NCBI GenBank assembly: GCA_017432025.1
Contig: JAFRJX010000004.1
Coordinates: 1,028-65,027 of the forward strand
From: Candidatus Saccharimonadota bacterium
GTDB lineage: Bacteria > Patescibacteriota > Saccharimonadia > Saccharimonadales > Saccharimonadaceae
Direction: 5' to 3'
Length of the DNA: 64,000 bases
Part shown: one piece after another, positions 9,694-19,163 of the stretch
Layout: each line of letters starts with the position of its first letter
How positions within the stretch are numbered: the first letter of the stretch is position 1
Notes under the pieces: model-generated
Databases searched by the model: none
What the model was told of the DNA's origin: nothing
Seen by the model: only the letters and a program-made list of their open reading frames with translations
Position numbers and translations under genes: made by a program

Positions 9694-10500
9694 TTCCGGC
9701 AAATTGATTTCCGGGAAATTTGTGCGGATATGATCCGCATATCCGGCATCGATATTTTTCCATGCCTCTTTCATCCGGTCGATATCTGACGTATCAGCAA
9801 ACTGCGCAAGGAATGCTTCTTCAAATTCTTTTGGTACCGGTCTCGACAAGATTCTGGCCTCATCCATCTGTGGGTTACCAGTCCCGGCAAAACAGAAATC
9901 AATCACACCAATCACCCTGTCGTTTTCATCAAGTAAAATATTACCGAGGTTCAAATCGCCATGCACTAGTTTATCCTGTTCGGTCAACTTGATGAACTCA
10001 TGATCCTTATCAATGTGTTCCTTATAGTGTTCATAATCGAGCTCCTTCAAAAACTCCGAAAGCGGGAACTGCACCTCCTTTGGTGCACCTCTTAAATCAA
10101 TTCCTGAAAGTTCCTTAATAAACTTAGCCACATCGTAAGCCGCCCCCGTGAGTGCCGTATGTGACAAGTGATAAATCCTATCCCCCAGTGTATACCCTTC
10201 AATCTTCTCATGTACTGAATACGGACGATGCTTTTTGTCGTAATAAAGCTTCATCTGTGGTGTGTAAAAACTAGTCTTTCCATCGACAAAATTACAGACC
10301 GCTGCATCTTTTACAATCATCCTCGACCAAAACGGATTTCTCGGGAACCTAAAAAAATACGACCCTTCATTCGTCGTGACCTCAATTACTATATTTGTCC
10401 ATCCAGTCAAGATATGTTCGGTTTGCAGGATTTCTTTCTCTGGAAAAGTCTCCGAAATAATCTTATCTAATGGATCCTTGGTAGTAAAAAAACTCACCAT
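9688..10500 (-). CDS. Aminoglycoside phosphotransferase/choline kinase (APH) family protein
   Basis: GWTN, YFFRFPR, Brenner motif LVHGDLNLGNIL, GVIDF. Confidence 0.85.
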   Translation of the reverse strand: MVSFFTTKDPLDKIISETFPEKEILQTEHILTGWTNIVIEVTTNEGSYFFRFPRNPFWSRMIVKDAAVCNFVDGKTSFYTPQMKLYYDKKHRPYSVHEKIEGYTLGDRIYHLSHTALTGAAYDVAKFIKELSGIDLRGAPKEVQFPLSEFLKELDYEHYKEHIDKDHEFIKLTEQDKLVHGDLNLGNILLDENDRVIGVIDFCFAGTGNPQMDEARILSRPVPKEFEEAFLAQFADTSDIDRMKEAWKNIDAGYADHIRTNFPEINLPEL

Positions 10501-10530
10501 ATATATATTATATCATGTTATACTTTAGAT
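10501..10530. promoter_or_regulatory. Back-to-back extended -10 promoters, each 6 nt from an ATG
   Basis: Minus strand TGaTATAAT-atatat-ATG (10500); plus strand TGtTATACT-ttagat-ATG (10531). Confidence 0.65.
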
Positions 10531-11097
10531 ATGGAAAATGTGAAAATTCTTGCTATCGTGGGCATGAGTGGCAGCGGGAAGTCCGTCGTTGTTGATTATC
10601 TGACCGGAAAAGGTTATCCAAAAGTCTATTTTGGTGGCATGATTTACAAAGAAATGGAAAAACGTGGCATTGAACGCACTGAAGATGGTGAATCTGAGAA
10701 AAATTTCCGCGAAATGATCCGCGAAACCGAAGGTAAAGACTGGGTCGTGCGTCAAGTGATTGCCGAGACCAAAGATCTAATCACTGCCGGTCAAAAGCGC
10801 ATCGTCCTCGATGGCGTCTACTCTTGGACTGAATACAAGACTTTAAAGCATGAATTCCCACAATGTCTTACTTTTATCGCCATTGTTGTCGATAAAAAGA
10901 TTCGTTACAAGCGCGTCGCTGCCCGTCCAGACCGTTCCTTTGACACCGCCGCTATTCGTGAGCGCGACCGCTCTGAAATCGAAAATCTCGAAAAAGGTGG
11001 CCCAATTGCCGCTGCCGACTATTATATTTTAAACAATGGTTCCGTCGCCGACGTCGAAAAACGCATGGATGAAATCTTAAAGGAGATTGAGTTTTGA
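10531..11097 (+). CDS. P-loop nucleotide kinase (dephospho-CoA/adenylate kinase-like AAA family)
   Basis: GMSGSGKS, VLDGVYSWTE, RDRSE, ADYYILNNGS. Confidence 0.75.
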   Translation: MENVKILAIVGMSGSGKSVVVDYLTGKGYPKVYFGGMIYKEMEKRGIERTEDGESEKNFREMIRETEGKDWVVRQVIAETKDLITAGQKRIVLDGVYSWTEYKTLKHEFPQCLTFIAIVVDKKIRYKRVAARPDRSFDTAAIRERDRSEIENLEKGGPIAAADYYILNNGSVADVEKRMDEILKEIEF

Positions 11098-11537
11098 GCG
11101 ATATCGAAAAATTATCAAATGTAGCCTATAAAAAAGGAAACTGGCTCCGCTATTCATTTTGGGGCATCGCTGCCGCCTGTATTGTCATCTTGTTTTGTTT
11201 CTTCTTTAACACTATGATGAGTGGTGAAATCTCCGCTGCCGTGCCAGAAGGTTATCGCTTTGCCGTGACTGATAATTACGCCGAAGGCAGTAGTATTCGC
11301 ACCACTTATTATGTCTACAAAGACCACATCATCACCGAAGACGAGAGCTTTAACGACGGCGAAGTGAGCCGCTCGCTTTTAATTTATGACAACATCTCCA
11401 CTGCTACACTTAAATACGACGAAAATGATACTACTGAAATCTGCGAACTTGGCGCCTGTTATCAGCGTCCTAAAGTTCTCGCAGTGATAAAAAGATTAAT
11501 TTCGCGTAGGGTTGGCCGCGAGTATATAGGATTATAA
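11094..11537 (+). CDS. Hypothetical single-TM protein
   Basis: 147-aa ORF with a TTG start overlapping the upstream stop and one TM helix. Confidence 0.65.
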   Translation: MSDIEKLSNVAYKKGNWLRYSFWGIAAACIVILFCFFFNTMMSGEISAAVPEGYRFAVTDNYAEGSSIRTTYYVYKDHIITEDESFNDGEVSRSLLIYDNISTATLKYDENDTTEICELGACYQRPKVLAVIKRLISRRVGREYIGL

Positions 11538-11539
11538 CT

Positions 11540-13906
11540 ATGAAAAGACTAGTTCTAATCGATGGAAAATCGGTTTTCTATCGAGGTTATTTCGCAATGG
11601 GCGCCCTCAGCCTTTCTGATGGCACGCCAACCGGTGGCATTTATGGTTTTGCCGCCATCGCTATGGAAATTGTTAAAAAATTGCACCCTGACAAAGTTGT
11701 CGTGGCTTGGGATTCTAAAACTTCTGTCTCGAAGCGCCGCGCTATCTATCCAGATTACAAAGCTGGCCGCGTCAAACCGGGCGACGATTTTTATGCCCAA
11801 ATCCCTTATCTAAAAGAATTGATTCTTAATCTCGGCTGGAACTTCGTCGAAATCGATGATTACGAAGCTGATGATATCATCGGTACTCTTAGCCTTCATG
11901 CCGACAACGCTGGTGACTGGGAAACCTACATCATCTCTTCCGATCTTGATATGCTTCAAATTGTCGATGAAAACACCCATATGTGGCGCATTCTAAAAGG
12001 ATTCTCAAACATCGAACAGATTAATGTAAAGGAAGTCGAAGAGAAATACGGCATCAAAAAATCCCAGTTCCTAGATCTTAAATCTCTTAAGGGTGATTCC
12101 TCTGACAATATCCCAGGCGTCCCTGGTATTGGCGAAAAAACCGCTGTCAAACTCTTAAATGACTACGGCTCGCTTGATGGCGTCTATGAGAATCTAGACA
12201 AGATTTCTGGCTCTCTGAAAGAAAAGTTAAGCGCCGGGCGTGACTCCGCCTATATGTCTAAAAAACTTGCCGAAATCATGTTTGACGCCCCTGTTACACT
12301 AGAAGATATCGACGATTTTGTCTTCAATAAAGAAAAAGTCGTCGCCGGCCTCAAGAAACTTCAATTTAACTCTCTGATTCGCAAAATTGAAAAGGAACAT
12401 CCATCTGCACCAACTCCAGAAGCGCCAAAAGCTGCCCCAGTCTTCCCGGAATCCCCAGTTAAACCAGTCGAAGTTCCAAAGGACCTTCCGTTCCTAAGTT
12501 ACGATATTAAAGGAGAAATGCATCAGTCAAAAGATGCTGCAAAGAGAATTCTAAGTGGCGAGAAATTCTGGGATTTATCCCAAGCGGCCTTCCTCATTAA
12601 TCCACTCGCTCGTCCGGAGGAAGAAGAGCGAAATCCTAATCTTGTCGCTGAATATCAAACTCAACTCGAATTCTTCAAAAAGACGCCGAAACTATATAAC
12701 GTTTTAACCGAGCTCGATTTGCCACTCATTCCAGTCCTCTACAAGATGGAAGATAAGGGCATGCTCATCGATCGTGCCTACTTCGATAATCTAAAAACCG
12801 AGTACGAAGCCGAGGTAAAGAAGCTTGAACAAGAAGTTTATTCACTCGCTGGCAAAGAATTTAATGTCAATTCACCGATCCAGCTCTCCGAGGTCCTCTT
12901 TGACTTTCTCCAACTTCCGACCAAGGGTATTAAAAAGACTTCGCGTGGCTACTCCACCGGTGCTAAAGAACTCGAAAAACTAAAAAATCTCCATCCAGTC
13001 ATCGCTAAAATCACCGAGTATCGCGAGGCCGCCAAACTCCTTTCGACCTACATCATTCCAATTCCGGAGCTCGCTGATAAGAACGACCGCATCCATACGA
13101 CCTTTACCCAAAATGTGACCGCCACCGGGCGTCTCTCCAGCTTAAATCCGAATCTCCAAAACATCCCAGTTCGTACCGAAGAAGGGAAGCGCATCCGTAC
13201 CGGCTTTGTCGCACCAGCGGGTAAAGTCCTTGTCTCTGCCGATTACTCTCAGTTCGAGCTTCGTCTTGCCGCCATTCTCTCTGGCGACACCAAACTAATT
13301 GACGATTTCAATTCCGGTATCGACATCCACACTAAGACTGCTTCCGAAGCCTTCCACGTGCCATTTGGTGAGGTTACCAAGAACCAACGCCGCGCTGCCA
13401 AGGTCATTAATTTCGGCATCATTTACGGTATGAGTGTGAAGGGTCTCTCTGATGCTACCGGCATGCCAATTGGCGAAGCCAAACAGTTCATCGACGATTA
13501 TTTCAAACTCCGTGCTCCAATCAAGCAAAAGCTTGAAGCCATCCTGACCCAGGCGAGAGAGGCCGGCTATGTCGAAACCTTCTACGGTCGCCGTCGCCCA
13601 ACTCCGGATGTGAAATCTAGCAACTGGGTGATCCGCCAAGCCGCTGAGCGCGCTGCCGCCAACATGCCAATCCAGGGCACCGAAGCCGATCTCATGAAAC
13701 GGGCCATGATTCATGTCGATAAAGCCCTGCCAGAAACCGCCAAACTCGTTATGCAAGTCCACGACTCACTCATCGTCGAATGCGACGAAAACGAAGCCGA
13801 AAATGTCGCGAAAATCTTACAGCAGGAAATGGAATCCGTCGCGCCGGAACTTGCGATTAAACTAGCCGTTGAAGTCACTATCGGGAAGAATTGGGGCGAG
13901 CTCTAG
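11540..13906 (+). CDS. polA: DNA polymerase I (5'-3' exonuclease + polymerase; 3'-5' exonuclease domain reduced)
   Basis: LIDGKS, EADDIIG, GDSSDNIPGV, TATGRLSS, DYSQFELR, KVINFGIIYG, QVHDSL. Confidence 0.97.
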   Translation: MKRLVLIDGKSVFYRGYFAMGALSLSDGTPTGGIYGFAAIAMEIVKKLHPDKVVVAWDSKTSVSKRRAIYPDYKAGRVKPGDDFYAQIPYLKELILNLGWNFVEIDDYEADDIIGTLSLHADNAGDWETYIISSDLDMLQIVDENTHMWRILKGFSNIEQINVKEVEEKYGIKKSQFLDLKSLKGDSSDNIPGVPGIGEKTAVKLLNDYGSLDGVYENLDKISGSLKEKLSAGRDSAYMSKKLAEIMFDAPVTLEDIDDFVFNKEKVVAGLKKLQFNSLIRKIEKEHPSAPTPEAPKAAPVFPESPVKPVEVPKDLPFLSYDIKGEMHQSKDAAKRILSGEKFWDLSQAAFLINPLARPEEEERNPNLVAEYQTQLEFFKKTPKLYNVLTELDLPLIPVLYKMEDKGMLIDRAYFDNLKTEYEAEVKKLEQEVYSLAGKEFNVNSPIQLSEVLFDFLQLPTKGIKKTSRGYSTGAKELEKLKNLHPVIAKITEYREAAKLLSTYIIPIPELADKNDRIHTTFTQNVTATGRLSSLNPNLQNIPVRTEEGKRIRTGFVAPAGKVLVSADYSQFELRLAAILSGDTKLIDDFNSGIDIHTKTASEAFHVPFGEVTKNQRRAAKVINFGIIYGMSVKGLSDATGMPIGEAKQFIDDYFKLRAPIKQKLEAILTQAREAGYVETFYGRRRPTPDVKSSNWVIRQAAERAAANMPIQGTEADLMKRAMIHVDKALPETAKLVMQVHDSLIVECDENEAENVAKILQQEMESVAPELAIKLAVEVTIGKNWGEL

Positions 13907-13916
13907 TTGTGGAAAA

Positions 13917-13971
13917 ACTCCACATTTAGTGTTAAAAAGTCCTTGACACCACTATATATAGTGTATATAAT
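13917..13971 (+). promoter_or_regulatory. Sigma-70 promoter overlapped by two tandem NrdR boxes
   Basis: TTGACA (13943-13948), 17 bp, TATAAT (13966-13971). Box 2 CCACTATATATAGTGT (13949-13964) sits between -35 and -10; box 1 ACTCCACATTTAGTGT (13917-13932) is 32 bp upstream. Confidence 0.8.
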
Positions 13972-14026
13972 GGATTTCAGGTAATGCTTATAACAAATTA
14001 AAAGTCTAAACGACAGAAAGAAAACC

Positions 14027-14464
14027 ATGAAGAAAATCATCTACCGAAATCCGAATGATGCCTGCACTTTCGACATCAAGCGTTTCGTGAAATCGCTCGA
14101 AAGGTATGCCAAAGTCAGCGAAAAAGAAGTTGCTACTGCACTCGAAGATTTCGAACAATATGAAACCATGCATGTCTCCTGCCTTGTTGAGGTTGGCATG
14201 AGACTCATCGCCGAGAAAAAAGGCGAAGCCGCCGCTAAAGAGTATTTCAAAGAATACGCCGAATACTTCGATGAAGGCAAATTTGAGCGCCTTCGCCGCA
14301 TCACTGGCTATCTCGTCGGTACACTTGATCGTTGGAACGATGCTAAAAAAGCCGAAGAGTCTGCTCGTGTGAAGCACTCTGTTAACTCCGCCATCGATGA
14401 TGCCGAGCGCCTTGCTGCCCTCGAAACTCAAGCGATGGAACAGAACATCGCCTACGCTCACTGA
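14027..14464 (+). CDS. Small NrdD-related protein: degenerate ATP-cone-like N-terminus plus class III RNR glycyl-radical C-terminal motif
   Basis: FERLRRITGYLVGTLDRWNDAKKAEESARVKH matches the NrdD C-terminus; there is no catalytic barrel. Confidence 0.8.
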   Translation: MKKIIYRNPNDACTFDIKRFVKSLERYAKVSEKEVATALEDFEQYETMHVSCLVEVGMRLIAEKKGEAAAKEYFKEYAEYFDEGKFERLRRITGYLVGTLDRWNDAKKAEESARVKHSVNSAIDDAERLAALETQAMEQNIAYAH

Positions 14465-14483
14465 GGTGTGATATAATACGGGT

Positions 14484-15332
14484 ATGCCAGAGCTTCCCGA
14501 GGTTGAGACAATTAAACGTGGTCTAAGTAAGTTTATCATTAATAAGAAGCTTACGAGGACCACGATTTTGTGTGCTAAATCTTTTGTCGGTACCCCTGTT
14601 ACTGGTACCGTGAAAGCCATTCGTCGCTTCGGTAAAGCCCTGATTATCGACTTAGATAACGGTAAATCTCTGATGATCCACCTCCGCATGACCGGACAAT
14701 TGATTTACGACGGCAAGGAACGCTTCGCTGCCGGTCACCCGAGCGATAATTTCATCGATAAACTCCCGAACAGGCAGACCCGCGTTGTCCTTGAATTCGA
14801 CTCCGGCTCGCTCTTCTTTAACGACCAGCGCAAATTCGGCTTCATAAAAGTTATCGACACTAATCAGGTTGAGCAGGACGCTTTCATCAAAAAACTCGCC
14901 AAAGAGCCTTGGCAAATGTCTGGCGATGAATTCTACGAAAAACTGCAAAAGCACAAAAACTCTCCAATTAAAGCGGTCTTGCTAGATCAAACTATCATCT
15001 GTGGTCTTGGCAACATCTATGCCGATGAAAGCTTGTTTATGTCTGGTATCCATCCCGCCACGAAGGCCGGGTCTCTCACCAAAAAGGAAGCGACAGTTCT
15101 TCTTAATATGGCAGATAGAGCCATGAATATCTCCATTGCTTCAGGCGGCTCGACTATGAAAGATTATGTTAAAGCTGACGGCACTAAAGGTGATTACCTC
15201 GACAAATTTGCTCAAATCTTTAATCGGACCGGGAAACCGTGCTTAGTTTGCGGCACCACCGTCGAAAAGATTCGTGTCGCCGGCCGTGGCACCCATATTT
15301 GTCCAAATTGCCAGAGGAGGAAAGATGATTAG
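14484..15332 (+). CDS. mutM: Formamidopyrimidine-DNA glycosylase
   Basis: MPELPEVET, HLRMTG, DQRKFG, GLGNIYADE, C-terminal Zn finger CLVC...CPNCQ. Confidence 0.98.
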   Translation: MPELPEVETIKRGLSKFIINKKLTRTTILCAKSFVGTPVTGTVKAIRRFGKALIIDLDNGKSLMIHLRMTGQLIYDGKERFAAGHPSDNFIDKLPNRQTRVVLEFDSGSLFFNDQRKFGFIKVIDTNQVEQDAFIKKLAKEPWQMSGDEFYEKLQKHKNSPIKAVLLDQTIICGLGNIYADESLFMSGIHPATKAGSLTKKEATVLLNMADRAMNISIASGGSTMKDYVKADGTKGDYLDKFAQIFNRTGKPCLVCGTTVEKIRVAGRGTHICPNCQRRKDD

Positions 15333-15933
15333 AATCTTCTATGGCGACGACCGCGTGAAAGCTAATGCCAAGATTAAAAGCCTCCTCGGCGAGAATTACG
15401 AGATTGTCGATGGCGAAAACCTCGAACTCACTGACCTACCGAACATATTTCTAGGCGCCTCGCTCCTCTCCGGCACGAGAAGCATCTTAATTCGCGACCT
15501 TGCTCTTAATAAACCCGCCTTCGAGCAGCTCCCAAGCTATTTAAACACTCCGCATAACATCATTTTGCTTGAATCTAAACTCGACACCCGTACCGCCGCT
15601 TTTAAGGAGTTAAAAGAGAAAGTCGAAGTCACCAAATTCGAACTCCCAGAAGATCCAAACTTTCGCCTCGTTTTTGATGTTTATAAAACCGCCAAAAGAG
15701 ACGGCAAAAAAGCCATCTCGATGCTCGGCAAAATCAAACAAGATGAGGATCCAATCATGTTTTTTGGTCTTCTCGCCTCTCAGGCCATCAAAGACTTTAG
15801 CATTAACCAGGGAACAAAGGAAAAACAAGTTCTAAAAGAACTCGCGAAACTTGATCTCGATATGAAATCAGCCAAGGTTGAACCTTGGCTGCTTATCGAA
15901 TCTTTTTTGCTGAGGCTTTCGTCTTTAAGCTAA
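15325..15933 (+). CDS. holA: DNA polymerase III delta subunit-like protein (short form)
   Basis: IRIFYGDD N-terminus and SLLSGTRSILIRD; lies convergent to rpsT, the conserved holA-rpsT neighbourhood. Confidence 0.65.
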   Translation: MIRIFYGDDRVKANAKIKSLLGENYEIVDGENLELTDLPNIFLGASLLSGTRSILIRDLALNKPAFEQLPSYLNTPHNIILLESKLDTRTAAFKELKEKVEVTKFELPEDPNFRLVFDVYKTAKRDGKKAISMLGKIKQDEDPIMFFGLLASQAIKDFSINQGTKEKQVLKELAKLDLDMKSAKVEPWLLIESFLLRLSSLS

Positions 15934-16179
15934 TTTCACGCCAGCTTTTTTAGCGAATTCATGAAGGTTGGCTTTGCGACGTGCAGCAGTATTCTTCTTG
16001 AGAAGATCTTTCTTGACGGCTTTATCATATTCAGATTGAGCAGCAGCAAGAGTCTTAGCGCTTGGCTTAGCTTTGAAAGCCTTCACCGCGGCCTTGATAT
16101 CCTTCTTGATTTCTACATTATGCTCAGTACGCTTATCAGCTTGACGAGCAGCCTTCTTGGCAGATTTAATAATCGGCAT
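15925..16179 (-). CDS. rpsT: 30S ribosomal protein S20
   Basis: MPIIKSAKKAARQ...DKAVKKDLLKKNTAARRKA. Confidence 0.95.
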   Translation of the reverse strand: MPIIKSAKKAARQADKRTEHNVEIKKDIKAAVKAFKAKPSAKTLAAAQSEYDKAVKKDLLKKNTAARRKANLHEFAKKAGVKLA

Positions 16180-16327
16180 TTTTTTCCTATATAGATTAAA
16201 AATTAATTGCTTCTCCACATTATAACTCTTTTCTCTCTAAAAGTAAAGAGTAGAAAATTTGACAAAAATCTTAAAACGCTTGCACTTAAGTCAAGCTTAT
16301 GGTAATATGATGATTAGAAAGGTAAAA

Positions 16328-18109
16328 ATGCCTGATCAGGATAACACAAAAACACAGCCAGTTGACTCGCCGACTCCTGTAAGCGACCCAGGAGCTGATA
16401 ATCCGACTCCAATCATCCCGAGTGATGCTATTTCTGATGACGCCGTCAAAAACGATGCGGCAGATGGTGCTGTTAAAGATGGAGAAGAAAAGAAAGAAGA
16501 GACCGTCGACAACTCCGAAACTGTTGCTGCCGTTGCTTCTAAAATTGGTGAATCGCACAATATCTTAGTTGCGTTATCTTCTGATCCCTCAATTGACGAA
16601 CTCTCCGCTGCTATTGGCCTTTCACTTTATCTAGATCGTATTGGCAAGCGCGTTACTGCCATTTATTCTGGCAACACTCCAAACGTCCTGAAATTCTTAA
16701 AGCCAGAAGAAACCTTTGAATCATCCGCCGATATCCTTCAAGATTTCGTAATCGCCTTAAATAAGGAAAAAGCCGATCATCTTCGCTATAAACTCGATGG
16801 TGACTACGTCAAGATTTTCATTACTCCATATCGTTCCCGTATTACCGCCGACGACCTTGAGTTTTCTTATGGCGATTTCAACGTCGACCTTGTGCTCGCG
16901 CTCGATGTTGCCAATGGCGTCGACCTCGATGACGCGCTCCGCGAACACGGCCGCATTATGCACGATGCCGTGGTTGTTAATGTTACTACCGGTAAACCTG
17001 GCAAACTTGGCGAAATCGAATGGAGCGACAAAACCGCCAGCTCCGTTTCCGAAATGCTCGCCGAGCTCCTTTATGGACTTGGCAAGGAAGGCCTCCAAAA
17101 AGAAGAAGCTACTGCCTTCCTCGCTGGTATTGTCGCCTCCACCAATCGTTTTGCCACTGCCTCTACTACCTCTCGTACGATGAAATTATCTGCCCGCCTC
17201 ATTGACTCGGGCGCCAATCAGCAGCTCGTCTCTAAGAACATCACCTCTGATGTCGACAACCAATTATTTGGCTTTGGCGGTATGGGCTTCGAAAAGTCCG
17301 ACCGTGACCAAACCAAACTCGATATTCAGCACGGCAACGAAGAAGACGTCGACGAAACTGTCGAAATCGATGCTTCTGTTAACGAAAAAGAATCTACGCT
17401 TCTAAATGACCTTAAAGCCGCTGAAGCCAGCCTTTCTGGTGCTGCCGCCGAAGTCACACCGGATGATAGCAACAAACCAGTTGACCTCGACAAAACCAAT
17501 GAGCCAAAGAAAGCCGAAACCCCGGCCCCAGAAGCACCGGCCGCCGAAGCCACAGAAGCTCCTGAAGCCCCGGAAATCAAATCTGAATCTCAAACCCCAG
17601 TCGAAGAGCCAACTGCAACCGGTACCGAATATGCTGCTAGAACCTCTGATGTTCCAGAACACGAGCAAAGCGCTGAAGAACAAGCCGCCGTTAATAACTT
17701 CGAAGCCGCCGTTAAACCAGAAAAAGTTATTGGCGTCCCAACTGATTTCACTCCGGAAACCCTCGGAGAGGGAACTAATAAATACGGTCGCATGCTTGAA
17801 GATGCGCTTGCCGAAGCCCAAGCCGAGCTCTCTGATCCAAACGCAATTATTGCGAGCCCATCTGATTATCCAAATCCAGCCGCTAGCGCCGCCCCATTTG
17901 CCGCTTCCGCCCCAGAGATTAATGGTGTGCCAGATATTAATTATATGCCACTTCCAGGTGACGAAGTCTTACCGCCACCACCAACCCCACCGATTGATAT
18001 GAATGCTGGTCCAGCTCCAACTCCGCTTGGTCCAAATCCAGCTATGCAAGACCAAATCTATGGTGCCCAGGCCTCTAATCCGGGTGCTTTCCAGATCCCA
18101 GGCATGTAA
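16328..18109 (+). CDS. DHH/NrnA-like phosphoesterase-fold protein with degenerate active site and long acidic/Pro-rich extensions
   Basis: HNILVALSSDPSIDELSAAIGL, ASSVSEM, ATAFLAGIVASTNRF. Promoter TTGCAC-17-TAATAT at 16280-16308; start taken at ATG 16328. Confidence 0.7.
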   Translation: MPDQDNTKTQPVDSPTPVSDPGADNPTPIIPSDAISDDAVKNDAADGAVKDGEEKKEETVDNSETVAAVASKIGESHNILVALSSDPSIDELSAAIGLSLYLDRIGKRVTAIYSGNTPNVLKFLKPEETFESSADILQDFVIALNKEKADHLRYKLDGDYVKIFITPYRSRITADDLEFSYGDFNVDLVLALDVANGVDLDDALREHGRIMHDAVVVNVTTGKPGKLGEIEWSDKTASSVSEMLAELLYGLGKEGLQKEEATAFLAGIVASTNRFATASTTSRTMKLSARLIDSGANQQLVSKNITSDVDNQLFGFGGMGFEKSDRDQTKLDIQHGNEEDVDETVEIDASVNEKESTLLNDLKAAEASLSGAAAEVTPDDSNKPVDLDKTNEPKKAETPAPEAPAAEATEAPEAPEIKSESQTPVEEPTATGTEYAARTSDVPEHEQSAEEQAAVNNFEAAVKPEKVIGVPTDFTPETLGEGTNKYGRMLEDALAEAQAELSDPNAIIASPSDYPNPAASAAPFAASAPEINGVPDINYMPLPGDEVLPPPPTPPIDMNAGPAPTPLGPNPAMQDQIYGAQASNPGAFQIPGM

Positions 18110-18153
18110 AACTTGCAATTTAGTTAAAAGTACGCTATAATAACGAATACAGT

Positions 18154-18230
18154 GGAATCGTAGCTCAGTTGGTTAGAGCGCTGCCCTGTCACGGCAGAGG
18201 TCGCGAGTTCGAGTCTCGTCGGTTCCGCCA
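18154..18230 (+). tRNA. tRNA-Asp(GTC)
   Basis: Cloverleaf GGAATCG...CGGTTCC, anticodon loop CT-GTC-AC, GTTCGAG T-loop, encoded CCA. Confidence 0.98.
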
Positions 18231-18292
18231 TTTTTTATGCCAAATCTCATCTCTTGCTATTCTCTATACTCTGTGCTATAATAGCTAGCGAT

Positions 18293-18511
18293 ATGGCTAT
18301 TAAAGTTACTAGAAAAGATCAGGGTGAGGCGAACGAGAATATTATTCGTCGTTTCAACCGCAAGGTTCTTCAGAGTGGAGTTATGCCTCTTAAGAAGTCG
18401 CAGATGCGTTTTAGCAAGCCAATTTCTAAGCGCGAACGCCGCCTCAAGGCTATCATCCGCGAAGCTCGGAAGGCCGAAAAGACCGAACGTATTAAGTTAG
18501 GGCTTAAATAA
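18293..18511 (+). CDS. rpsU: 30S ribosomal protein S21
   Basis: EANENIIRRFNRKV...FSKPISKRERR. Confidence 0.9.
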   Translation: MAIKVTRKDQGEANENIIRRFNRKVLQSGVMPLKKSQMRFSKPISKRERRLKAIIREARKAEKTERIKLGLK

Positions 18512-18515
18512 AGAG

Positions 18516-18543
18516 ATACCCCCAGTTATCGGGGGTATTTTTG
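18516..18543 (+). terminator. Intrinsic terminator after rpsU
   Basis: ATACCCCC-agttatc-GGGGGTAT followed by a T run. Confidence 0.85.
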
Positions 18544-18569
18544 TGCTATAATATATATAAAGGAGAATT

Positions 18570-19163
18570 ATGATCATTTTATTTGGTTTAGCAGGGTCGG
18601 GCAAAGGTACCCAAGGTAAAGCTCTTTCCGAGATCTTTGGTTGGCGTTCACTTTCGGTCGGTCAAGCTATTCGTGACACCGGTGGCTACACAGAAGCCAC
18701 CAATAAAGGGGAACTAATCCCAGACGAAGACGTGATTAACCTCATGAATCGTCAAATCGAAAAAGCCGAGGCTGAAGGGTTCGACGTGATTTTAGACGGC
18801 TATCCACGCACTGCTGCCCAAGCTGAATACATTGTGAACAACATGGCCGAAAAAATCGACGGCGCCATTATTTTGGAAGTTCCAAAAGAAGAATTATTTA
18901 ACCGCCTGGAACTCCGTGGCCGTGACGACGATAAAGAAAAATCTAGCATTGAACGTCGTTTTGAAATCTTTGAACAAAATATTTGTTCAATTCTACCTCT
19001 GTTAAATCAGGTCAATATTCCAGTTGAGCGCGTCAATGGCGTTGGTAAAATCGAAGAAGTCACCAATCGTTTAGTCGACGTGATTAAAAAATTTAACCCA
19101 TCTGCCGTTGAACAAATTAATGATGTAAACGGCGAGGAGCTTGAAAAAAGCTATGGTGAATAA
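18570..19163 (+). CDS. adk: Adenylate kinase (short-LID type)
   Basis: GLAGSGKGTQ, GELIPD, ILDGYPRT, RGRDDD. Confidence 0.93.
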   Translation: MIILFGLAGSGKGTQGKALSEIFGWRSLSVGQAIRDTGGYTEATNKGELIPDEDVINLMNRQIEKAEAEGFDVILDGYPRTAAQAEYIVNNMAEKIDGAIILEVPKEELFNRLELRGRDDDKEKSSIERRFEIFEQNICSILPLLNQVNIPVERVNGVGKIEEVTNRLVDVIKKFNPSAVEQINDVNGEELEKSYGE

